This document shows positions 27,892 through 34,511 of a stretch of 42,146 nt of DNA, in pieces. The notes beneath the pieces were generated by a model. That model was not told where the DNA came from. It did no database searches and worked only from the letters and a program-made list of their open reading frames with translations. Source of the DNA: Candidatus Omnitrophica bacterium 4484_49 (GTDB lineage: Bacteria; Omnitrophota; Gorgyraeia; Kaelpiales; Kaelpiaceae); contig NATI01000001.1 of the NCBI GenBank assembly GCA_002085265.1, positions 1 through 42,146 of the forward strand, given 5' to 3'. Both the position numbers and the translations under genes were made by a program. The first letter of the stretch is position 1; each line of letters opens with the position of its first letter.

Positions 27892-28782
27892 ATGGAACGC
27901 TACCGCCAGATAATTTCTGATTGGGATAAATTTTCTTACTATTGTTCCCAGCCTCTTCCCAAGACCTTGCGGGTAAATACTCTGAAAGTATCACTGGATA
28001 TGATGGAGAAATACTTTAAAAAATTGGGATGGAGTTTCAAGAGATTTGATTTCTGCCTCTGGGGATATGAGGTGCAAACTGGCGATGAAATTTCCAGAAC
28101 TTTAGAACACTGGTTGGGATATTATTATATTCAGGAAGCAACTTCTTTTATCTCAGTTCTTGCACTTCAACCTCAACCCGGCGAAAAAATTCTGGATTTA
28201 TGTGCTGCTCCTGGAGGCAAAACTACATTTATCGCTCAGATTGTCAATAATAAAGCATCCATCTGGGCTAACGACATCGGCTTCAGGAGAATTCGGGCTC
28301 TTATGGCCAATATATATCGTATGGGAGCAGTATCTGTTATTGTGACAGGATATAATGGTTTGTCTTTCCCCCAGAAGTTTAAATTTGATAAAGTGCTTTT
28401 GGACGCTCCCTGTTCTGGGGAAGGGAATATGCGTAAGGACCCTCGCAGGGTTAAAGGAGCGGAGTTAGGATTTATAAACAATATATCTGGTCTCCAGAAG
28501 GGGTTGATTCAGAGGGCAATAGATGTACTTAATCCCGGAGGGATTCTGGTATATTCTACATGCACTCTGGCACCGGAAGAGAATGAGATGGTTATAGATT
28601 ATGTACTCAGAAAGAGAAAGGTAAAAGTTGAAGATATAGATTTGAATATCCCGTATTCTCAGGGTATTACAGAATGGAATGGGGAAAAATTTCATCCTGA
28701 CCTTGCAAAGACCATGCGTATTTACCCTCACCATTTAAATTCTGGAGGAGGTTATATTGCCAAACTCAAAAAAATTGGTTGA
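27892..28782 (+). CDS. NOL1/NOP2/Sun-family RNA (cytosine-C5) methyltransferase, without a NusB-like N-domain
   Basis: Supporting motifs are the SAM motif DLCAAPGGKT, motif IV DAPCSGEG and motif VI YSTCT. Confidence 0.85.
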   Translation: MERYRQIISDWDKFSYYCSQPLPKTLRVNTLKVSLDMMEKYFKKLGWSFKRFDFCLWGYEVQTGDEISRTLEHWLGYYYIQEATSFISVLALQPQPGEKILDLCAAPGGKTTFIAQIVNNKASIWANDIGFRRIRALMANIYRMGAVSVIVTGYNGLSFPQKFKFDKVLLDAPCSGEGNMRKDPRRVKGAELGFINNISGLQKGLIQRAIDVLNPGGILVYSTCTLAPEENEMVIDYVLRKRKVKVEDIDLNIPYSQGITEWNGEKFHPDLAKTMRIYPHHLNSGGGYIAKLKKIG

Positions 28783-29227
28783 GGAGATAAAGAAATATTT
28801 TGAGAAGAGATTTGGTCTCTCCAGAAAAATATGGGGACACCACATTATTATCCTCCGAAATGAAATCGGATGGTTGATAAATCCTCAACTTTATGACTGG
28901 ATTTTTAATATCGGTAACAAAGCATACTCGCTGGGGATACCATTTGTAAGGTTATTACCTAAAGGGATAAAGCCGACTTCCTGGGGCCTTATCTTTATGG
29001 GCAGGGAAATTACCAGGAACATAATTGAGCTTGGATTGGAAGATCTGAGAGGACTCCTTTATAGAGGAAGGATAAAGGGGAGTCGAGATATAGAGACAGG
29101 ATATGTTGCGCTGGGTTACAATGGAGAAATTATTGGTTGTGGATTTTACAAAGATGGTGTTCTCGAAAATCAAATTCCCAAAGCCAGAAGAAAGAGTTTA
29201 CTGGAGATACTTCCGCAGTTAAAATGA
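28757..29227 (+). CDS. Hypothetical protein, possibly the detached C-terminal (PUA-like) module of RsmF/Trm4-type methyltransferases
   Basis: The TTG start lies 5 nt after GGAGGAGG and overlaps the methyltransferase gene by 26 nt. The C-terminal GYVALGYNGEIIGCGFYKDGVLENQIPK resembles PUA-like ends. Family assignment is tentative. Confidence 0.45.
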   Translation: MPNSKKLVEEIKKYFEKRFGLSRKIWGHHIIILRNEIGWLINPQLYDWIFNIGNKAYSLGIPFVRLLPKGIKPTSWGLIFMGREITRNIIELGLEDLRGLLYRGRIKGSRDIETGYVALGYNGEIIGCGFYKDGVLENQIPKARRKSLLEILPQLK

Positions 29228-29252
29228 TATAATGTTTGTGCTATTTTCCATA

Positions 29253-29261
29253 TGGTATAAG
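29253..29261 (+). promoter_or_regulatory. Extended -10 element (TGgTATAAG) upstream of tRNA-Arg
   Basis: TG at 29253-29254 and TATAAG at 29256-29261 lie about 21 nt upstream of the mature tRNA 5' end. A second TATAAT lies at 29228-29233. Confidence 0.35.
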
Positions 29262-29282
29262 TTATGTGTGATCGGTAGATAT

Positions 29283-29355
29283 GCCCCCTTAGCTTAATGG
29301 GATAAAGCACAGGCCTCCGGAGCCTGGGATGGGAGTTCGATTCTCCCAGGGGGCG
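29283..29355 (+). tRNA. tRNA-Arg (anticodon CCG)
   Basis: Hand-folded cloverleaf: acceptor GCCCCCT/AGGGGGC, D-arm AGCTTAATGGGATAAAGC, anticodon stem CAGGC/GCCTG with loop CTCCGGA (anticodon CCG) and T-arm GGGAGTTCGATTCTCCC. The discriminator is G and no CCA is encoded. Confidence 0.9.
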
Positions 29356-29357
29356 GG

Positions 29358-29383
29358 GTTAGTTACAAGTTACAGGTTACAAG
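29358..29383 (+). repeat. Tandem heptamer repeat GTTACAR x3, preceded by a partial GTTA
   Basis: The sequence is GTTA GTTACAA GTTACAG GTTACAA G, beginning 3 nt after the tRNA 3' end. Confidence 0.7.
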
Positions 29384-29400
29384 AGTGAAGAAAAATTGAG

Positions 29401-29429
29401 GTGAAAAGTTAAAGAGAATGTTTTAAAAT
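29401..29429 (+). promoter_or_regulatory. Candidate promoter; leaderless-type start for the PilZ gene
   Basis: The -10 is TAAAAT (29424-29429), followed by 7 nt and ATG 29437 with no SD. A weak -35, GTGAAA, lies 17 nt upstream. Confidence 0.4.
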
Positions 29430-29436
29430 AAATCCA

Positions 29437-29805
29437 ATGATAGAAGAGAGGAGAAAACATCCCCGAATAGAGACTCAGTTACCTCTGAAGTTATTTGCGC
29501 AGGAGGCAGATTTTATAACTCAGAGTGTAAATCTCAGTTGTGGTGGTGTGTTGTGTGAGATAAATGAATACATTCCTGTAATGACCAGACTGAAAATACT
29601 TATGCTTTTGCCAGGAGGAAGAAAGCGAAGTCAGAAGATAGAATGTGAGGGAATAGTGGTCAGGATAGAACCCGACCAGCCTCAGAATAATAGAAATCAC
29701 TACAGAGTAGCCATTTTTTTTAATAGGATGAAGAAGACAGACAAGGCTAAAATTGCAGAGTATGTGCGGCGTCAGAAAACAGATACATCTTCCAGTCAGA
29801 GTTGA
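29437..29805 (+). CDS. PilZ-domain protein (c-di-GMP receptor type)
   Basis: Both PilZ signature motifs are present: RRKHPR (RxxxR) and NLSCGG (D/NxSxxG). This is a single-domain 122-aa protein. Confidence 0.8.
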   Translation: MIEERRKHPRIETQLPLKLFAQEADFITQSVNLSCGGVLCEINEYIPVMTRLKILMLLPGGRKRSQKIECEGIVVRIEPDQPQNNRNHYRVAIFFNRMKKTDKAKIAEYVRRQKTDTSSSQS

Positions 29806-30331
29806 TAACATACTTGTCAGCTCCTGCCTTATCGGTAAGAAATGTTCCTATGATGGGAATCACAGAAGAAACAGATGGGTTTTGGAATTCATTTCTGGAA
29901 TAAAAGTAATAGATGTCTGCCCTGAAATGTTGGGTGGACTTACTTCTCCTCGTTTTCGGAGCGAGATTAAAGACGGTGATGGTAAAGCAGTGCTTGCAGG
30001 AGATGCCATTGTTATCAATGAAAGGGGCGAGGATGTAACAAGTTTTTTTATAACAGGAGCAAATGAAGTATTGAGAATTGTTAAAGAAAATGGAATAAAC
30101 TGTGCTATACTTAAAGCCCGCAGTCCATCCTGTGGAAAGGATAAAATATACGACGGGACTTTCTCCGGAGGACTGAAAAAAGGAGATGGTGTTACCGCTG
30201 CTCTGTTGAGGTTAAATGGTGTTACCATTTATGATGAAGAAGAAGTGGAGAAATTTTTAAGACGAAAGGAGGTAAAAGATGCTCAGTTTCAACGACTTTC
30301 AGAAAATGGAGCTGGTAATAGGGAGGATTAA
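29762..30331 (+). CDS. DUF523-family protein (TudS-like [4Fe-4S] thio-nucleobase desulfidase family)
   Basis: The DUF523 Cys pattern is present in ILVSSCLIGKKCSYDG and ARSPSCG. The start is uncertain (ATG 29762 or TTG 29753), and both options overlap the PilZ gene. The 3' end overlaps the next gene by 53 nt. Confidence 0.65.
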   Translation: MCGVRKQIHLPVRVDNILVSSCLIGKKCSYDGNHRRNRWVLEFISGIKVIDVCPEMLGGLTSPRFRSEIKDGDGKAVLAGDAIVINERGEDVTSFFITGANEVLRIVKENGINCAILKARSPSCGKDKIYDGTFSGGLKKGDGVTAALLRLNGVTIYDEEEVEKFLRRKEVKDAQFQRLSENGAGNRED

Positions 30332-30599
30332 GGAAGTCGAAGACCATCCCAATGCTGATAAACTTTATGTATTAAAGGTCTCAGTTGGGGATGAAGAGAG
30401 GACTTTAGTTGCAGGTATTAAATCTTATTATTCCAGAGAAAATCTTTTAGGGAAACAGATTGTAGTTGTGAAAAATTTGGAACCTGCAGTTATCAGGGGA
30501 GTAAAGAGTGAAGGGATGCTTCTGGCTGCACAGGATTCTCAGGGAGTGTCGATTCTCATTCCGGATAGAGAAGTGGAAGATGGAGCAGGTATCAGATAA
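30279..30599 (+). CDS. Stand-alone tRNA-binding-domain protein (Trbp111/CsaA-like OB fold)
   Basis: The sequence FQKMELVIGRIKEVEDHPNADKLYVLKVSVGDEERTLVAGI...VKNLEPAVIRGVKSEGMLLAA is the classic tRNA_bind domain found at the MetRS C-terminus and in Trbp111. GGAGG lies 9 nt upstream. Confidence 0.8.
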   Translation: MLSFNDFQKMELVIGRIKEVEDHPNADKLYVLKVSVGDEERTLVAGIKSYYSRENLLGKQIVVVKNLEPAVIRGVKSEGMLLAAQDSQGVSILIPDREVEDGAGIR

Positions 30600-31482
30600 C
30601 TTTAAAGCTGGTTTTGTAGCTGTAGTGGGAAAGCCCAACGTGGGGAAATCCACACTTATAAATAGATATTTAAAAGAGAAAATTTCCATAGTATCCTCGA
30701 GACCTCAGACGACCAGAATCCGAATGCTTGCCATTTTAAATCATAATAACTACCAGGTGATTTTTCTGGATACCCCTGGAATTCATGAACCCAGGAATCT
30801 TCTGGGGAAATATATGGTAAAGGAGGCAGAGACTTCACTGGAAGATGCTGATATTATTCTGGTATTGGTGGATGCCACTACGGGAATAGAAACTGAGGAT
30901 AGACATCTTCTGGAGCTGGTGGAAGGATATGATAAAAAAAAGATTCTGGCGGTAAATAAAATTGATGCTGTAAATAAACCGGAACTTCTTCCCATTCTGG
31001 ATGAAGTGCGTAAACTTGCAGAATTTGACGAATATATACCCATAAGTGCCCTTGAGGGGGAAAATACTGATTTGTTACTTCAGAAAATAATAGAATTTCT
31101 CCCGGAATCTCCACCGTTCTATCCCCGGGATCAGTTAAGTGATAGACCTGAGAGATTTCATATCGCAGAGCTCATAAGGGAGAAAATTCTGGAAAACACT
31201 TATGAAGAAATTCCCCATTCAGTAGCAGTGGTGGTGGATGAGTTTAAGGAGAAGGAAGGGAAGGATTTAATTTATATAAAAGCCGTAATTTATGTGGAAC
31301 GATCCAGTCAAAAGAAGATAATTATAGGTCGGGATGGCAGGATGCTTAAAAAAATCGGAAGCGAGGCACGAATGGAGATTGAAAGATTTCTGGGCAAGAA
31401 GGTGTTTCTCGATCTCTGGGTAAAAATTTACGAGAAGTGGAGGAGAGACAGTAAGGCTCTGAGAAGGCTGGGGTATAAATAA
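30580..31482 (+). CDS. era: GTPase Era
   Basis: G1 is GKPNVGKST, G3 is DTPGI and G4 is NKID, with a C-terminal KH domain (VERSSQKKIIIGRDGRMLKKIG). The start is set at ATG 30580 (MEQVSDNFKAGFVAVVG); the track's 30508 start lies inside the previous gene. Confidence 0.9.
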   Translation: MEQVSDNFKAGFVAVVGKPNVGKSTLINRYLKEKISIVSSRPQTTRIRMLAILNHNNYQVIFLDTPGIHEPRNLLGKYMVKEAETSLEDADIILVLVDATTGIETEDRHLLELVEGYDKKKILAVNKIDAVNKPELLPILDEVRKLAEFDEYIPISALEGENTDLLLQKIIEFLPESPPFYPRDQLSDRPERFHIAELIREKILENTYEEIPHSVAVVVDEFKEKEGKDLIYIKAVIYVERSSQKKIIIGRDGRMLKKIGSEARMEIERFLGKKVFLDLWVKIYEKWRRDSKALRRLGYK

Positions 31483-31973
31483 TGAAGAGTAGAAAGTTAA
31501 GAGTTGGTGTAATTGGAGGGAGCAATCCTTCCCAGGAAATGTTAAATATAGCATATGAAGTGGGTAAGTTGTTAGCACTGAAGGGATTTGTTATTGTATG
31601 TGGAGGGTTGGGAGGTGTGATGGAGGCGGTATGTAAAGGTGCGAAAGACGAGGATGGAGTTACAATCGGCATTCTCCCTACCAGAAACCTGCGAGACGCC
31701 AATCCTTATGTGGATATACCCATAGCCACTGGCCTCGGTGAAGCGAGGAATATCCTTGTAGTTCTCAATTCCGATGTGATTATAGCCATAGATGGAGCAT
31801 ATGGGACACTGTCAGAAATGGCATATGCTCTTTTGTATGAGAAACCGGTGATAGGAATAAGATCCTGGGAACTATTTAAGAAAGGAAAGAGAGAAAAAAA
31901 TATAATTTATGTGGATACACCTCAGGAAGCGGTGGAAAAACTCCTGCAGGTTCTGAAATTGACAAATGCCTGA
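31482..31973 (+). CDS. TIGR00725-type LOG/SLOG-superfamily Rossmann protein
   Basis: Segments VGVIGGS, VCGGLGGVMEA and the PGGxGTxxE-like AIDGAYGTLSEMAYAL support the call. The protein is 163 aa. Confidence 0.7.
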   Translation: MKSRKLRVGVIGGSNPSQEMLNIAYEVGKLLALKGFVIVCGGLGGVMEAVCKGAKDEDGVTIGILPTRNLRDANPYVDIPIATGLGEARNILVVLNSDVIIAIDGAYGTLSEMAYALLYEKPVIGIRSWELFKKGKREKNIIYVDTPQEAVEKLLQVLKLTNA

Positions 31974-32184
31974 AGAGTATTTTGACTACCAGGAAATTGA
32001 GGAGCAGCCAGAGGAACTGGACTCTGGACATATGGTTGAATGCCCTCATTGCAAAAGACCCATACCTCATGATGCTTTATTATGTTATTACTGTGGTAAT
32101 AAAATTACCAAAGCATCTTTACCTAAGTGGGTTGTAATATTGATTGCGATTATTGTTATTTCTTTTCTGGTCCTCCTTATTTAA
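31966..32184 (+). CDS. Small acidic zinc-ribbon protein with a C-terminal TM anchor
   Basis: CPHC...x13...CYYC is followed by the helix WVVILIAIIVISFLVLLI. The gene overlaps the upstream gene by 8 nt, and a hairpin terminator follows it. Confidence 0.5.
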   Translation: MPEEYFDYQEIEEQPEELDSGHMVECPHCKRPIPHDALLCYYCGNKITKASLPKWVVILIAIIVISFLVLLI

Positions 32185-32220
32185 CCATCTTCCTCCACCT
32201 ACGCGGTGGAAGATGGTTGT
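32185..32220 (+). terminator. Hairpin (intrinsic-terminator-like) after the zinc-ribbon gene
   Basis: CCATCTTCC(tcc)ACC - TACGC - GGTGGAAGATGG forms 12 bp with a 3-nt bulge, starts 1 nt after the TAA stop and is followed by TTGT. The U-tract is weak. This is the only clear hairpin I found at a gene end in the window. Confidence 0.5.
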
Positions 32221-32246
32221 GATTGATAATCAACGTGTTACAATAC

Positions 32247-32275
32247 TTGTCTTTTAAAATGTCTGAGTTTATAAT
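32247..32275 (+). promoter_or_regulatory. Sigma70-like promoter; predicted leaderless transcript for the GTPase gene
   Basis: The -35 is TTGTCT (32247-32252), the spacer is 17 nt, and the -10 is a perfect TATAAT (32270-32275). ATG 32282 lies 6 nt downstream with no SD. Confidence 0.45.
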
Positions 32276-32281
32276 TTAAAT

Positions 32282-33280
32282 ATGCCTGCGAATCTACCAC
32301 CACAATACCACGCTGCTTATCAGAAGTACAGAGAGGCTAAAACTCTGGAGGAGAAGATCTCTGCGTTGAAAGAAATGTATGCTGTAATGCCCAAGCATAA
32401 AGGGACTGACAAACTTCAGGCAGATATAAAGAGAAAAATTGCTCAACTCAAGGAAGAACAGCAGGTCCAGAAGCAGAGAAGGAAAGGGGGAGGATTTATT
32501 CTTCCCAGGAAAGAAGGAGCAGGCCAGGTTGTTCTTCTGGGGCCACCTAATTGTGGTAAATCTTCACTCCTTAAAGTTTTGACTAATGCTCAGCCGGAGA
32601 TAGCAGATTATCCTTTCACCACCACTCAACTTAATATTGGTATGATGCCTTATGAGGATATTCAAATTCAGATAATAGATTTGCCTCCATTCACCGGTGA
32701 AGAAGTTCCCTGGTGGCAGAGAGAGGTTGTGAGGATGTCGGATTTAGTAATTTTTATGGTTGATTTGTCTCGGGATAATTTCTGGGAGGAGTTTGAGAAT
32801 ATCAGAAGTTATCTTAGAAAAAAGAATATTTATCTTTCCGATGAAGATGCTCACACTGACAGAGAAGAAGAACTGGAAGGACCTGTTGTGAAAAAGATAA
32901 TAGTGGTGGGAAATAAAGTTGATTCTCCGAATGCAGAAGAGCGTTTTGAGGTTCTGGAAGATAAACTTCCCTCGGGATGGAAAAAGATATCTATTTCTGT
33001 TGATAAAAATATAAATTTAGAGGGGTTGAAAACACTCATATTTGAAGGTTTGTCTATAATAAGAGTTTACACAAAACAACCGGGAGAACCTGCTGATTTA
33101 AAGGACCCTCTTATTTTACCTGAGGGAGCAACTGTGGTTGAGGCTGGACAGAAACTTCATAAGGACTTTGTCCATAAATTAAAATACGCTCGTATCTGGG
33201 GTTCTGCCAAGTTCGATGGCCAAAGGGTACCCAGAGATTATGTTCTTCAGGATAGAGATATTATTGAATTTCATATCTGA
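32282..33280 (+). CDS. OBG-class, DRG-like GTPase with a C-terminal TGS domain
   Basis: The N-terminal helical region PKHKGTDKLQADIKRKIAQLKEE is DRG-like. G1 is GPPNCGKSS, G2 is YPFTT and G4 is GNKVD. The TGS-like C-terminus reads IRVYTK...GATVVEAGQKLHKDF...ARIWG. Confidence 0.8.
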   Translation: MPANLPPQYHAAYQKYREAKTLEEKISALKEMYAVMPKHKGTDKLQADIKRKIAQLKEEQQVQKQRRKGGGFILPRKEGAGQVVLLGPPNCGKSSLLKVLTNAQPEIADYPFTTTQLNIGMMPYEDIQIQIIDLPPFTGEEVPWWQREVVRMSDLVIFMVDLSRDNFWEEFENIRSYLRKKNIYLSDEDAHTDREEELEGPVVKKIIVVGNKVDSPNAEERFEVLEDKLPSGWKKISISVDKNINLEGLKTLIFEGLSIIRVYTKQPGEPADLKDPLILPEGATVVEAGQKLHKDFVHKLKYARIWGSAKFDGQRVPRDYVLQDRDIIEFHI

Positions 33281-33350
33281 TCCCACACTCTGTAATTTTG
33301 ATTGATTCCTTAAGGGCTTAATTTTATCATTTAAGAAAAAGGAGGTTGTT

Positions 33351-34463
33351 ATGAGGATATTGATCACAGGAGGGTGTGGATTTATAGGCTCACACTTGGT
33401 AGACAGGCTGGTTACTCAGGGATACAAGGTGAGGGTTTACGACCTCTTAGAGCCTCAGGTCCATCAGGGTAAGAAGCCTGAATATTTAAATAACAACGCA
33501 GAATATATTTTTTCTGACCTCAGGGATAGGGATACCCTTAAAAAGGCATTACGAAATGTGGAAATTATCTTCCATCTTGCCTCTCAGGTAGGCGTCGGGC
33601 AGTCAATGTATCAGATAGAGAAATACACCTCTCACAACCTGACAGGAACTGCTGTGCTTCTGGATTTACTGGTTAATACTAAGAATAAGGTAAAGAAATT
33701 GATAGTCGCTTCCAGTATGTCAATATATGGAGAGGGGGCATATAAATGCAAAAATTGCGGAGTAGTTTATCCTCTGGAAAGGAGTCTCAAGCAGTTGAGA
33801 AAAAGAGATTGGGAGGTTTATTGTCCGGAATGTAAAAAGAGAGTTAAACCTATTCCTACTCCCGAGGATAAACCTTTATACCCCTCTTCCATATATGCAT
33901 CTAATAAAAGAGTACAGGAAGAGATGTGTATGATTGTAGGAAAGGCTTATAAACTTCCAACAGTGGCTTTGCGTTACTTTAATGTCTACGGGCCCCGGCA
34001 GTCACTTTCCAATCCCTATACTGGGGTGGGAGCCATTTTCCTTGCCCGGGTGAAGAATAATAAACCTCCTTTGGTTTTTGAAGATGGGAGGCAAAGTCGA
34101 GATTTTATTTACATAGATGATTTGATAACCGCTAATATCCTGGCTATGGAAAAGAAAGAAGCAGATTATCAGATTTTCAATGTAGGGAGCGGTCAGCCTA
34201 TCAGGATAATAGAAATTGCCTATACCATTATTTCTCTATTGGGAACTGATGTTGGAGTAAATGTTCTTAATAAATATCGAATTGGAGATATCAGGCATTG
34301 TTATGCTGATATTTCTAAAATCAAAAGCACTCTGGGATTTAAGCCCAGAGTAAAATTTGGAGAGGGTATGCGGAGGTTAATTTCCTGGGCTGAGAGCCGG
34401 CGTGCTCTGGATTTGACGGATAAGGCTCAAAGGGAGCTGGAGAAGCGCCACCTGACTACCTGA
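33351..34463 (+). CDS. NAD-dependent epimerase/dehydratase (extended SDR) with an internal zinc-ribbon insertion
   Basis: Motifs are ITGGCGFIGSH and YASNK (YxxxK). The inserted segment is CKNCGVVYPLERSLKQLRKRDWEVYCPECKKRV. A strong AAGGAGG SD lies upstream. Confidence 0.8.
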   Translation: MRILITGGCGFIGSHLVDRLVTQGYKVRVYDLLEPQVHQGKKPEYLNNNAEYIFSDLRDRDTLKKALRNVEIIFHLASQVGVGQSMYQIEKYTSHNLTGTAVLLDLLVNTKNKVKKLIVASSMSIYGEGAYKCKNCGVVYPLERSLKQLRKRDWEVYCPECKKRVKPIPTPEDKPLYPSSIYASNKRVQEEMCMIVGKAYKLPTVALRYFNVYGPRQSLSNPYTGVGAIFLARVKNNKPPLVFEDGRQSRDFIYIDDLITANILAMEKKEADYQIFNVGSGQPIRIIEIAYTIISLLGTDVGVNVLNKYRIGDIRHCYADISKIKSTLGFKPRVKFGEGMRRLISWAESRRALDLTDKAQRELEKRHLTT

Positions 34464-34511
34464 AAAGAATGCGAGAAGAGATTAAACAAGTATTGAGGTA
34501 ATGTTTCAAAG

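Noticed and set aside
29228-29436. tRNA-Arg flank as an integration hotspot or genomic-island boundary
   Set aside because: No integrase, recombinase, phage or transposase gene lies within the window, and I could not see a duplicated copy of the tRNA 3' end. The downstream genes (PilZ, DUF523, era) look like core functions.
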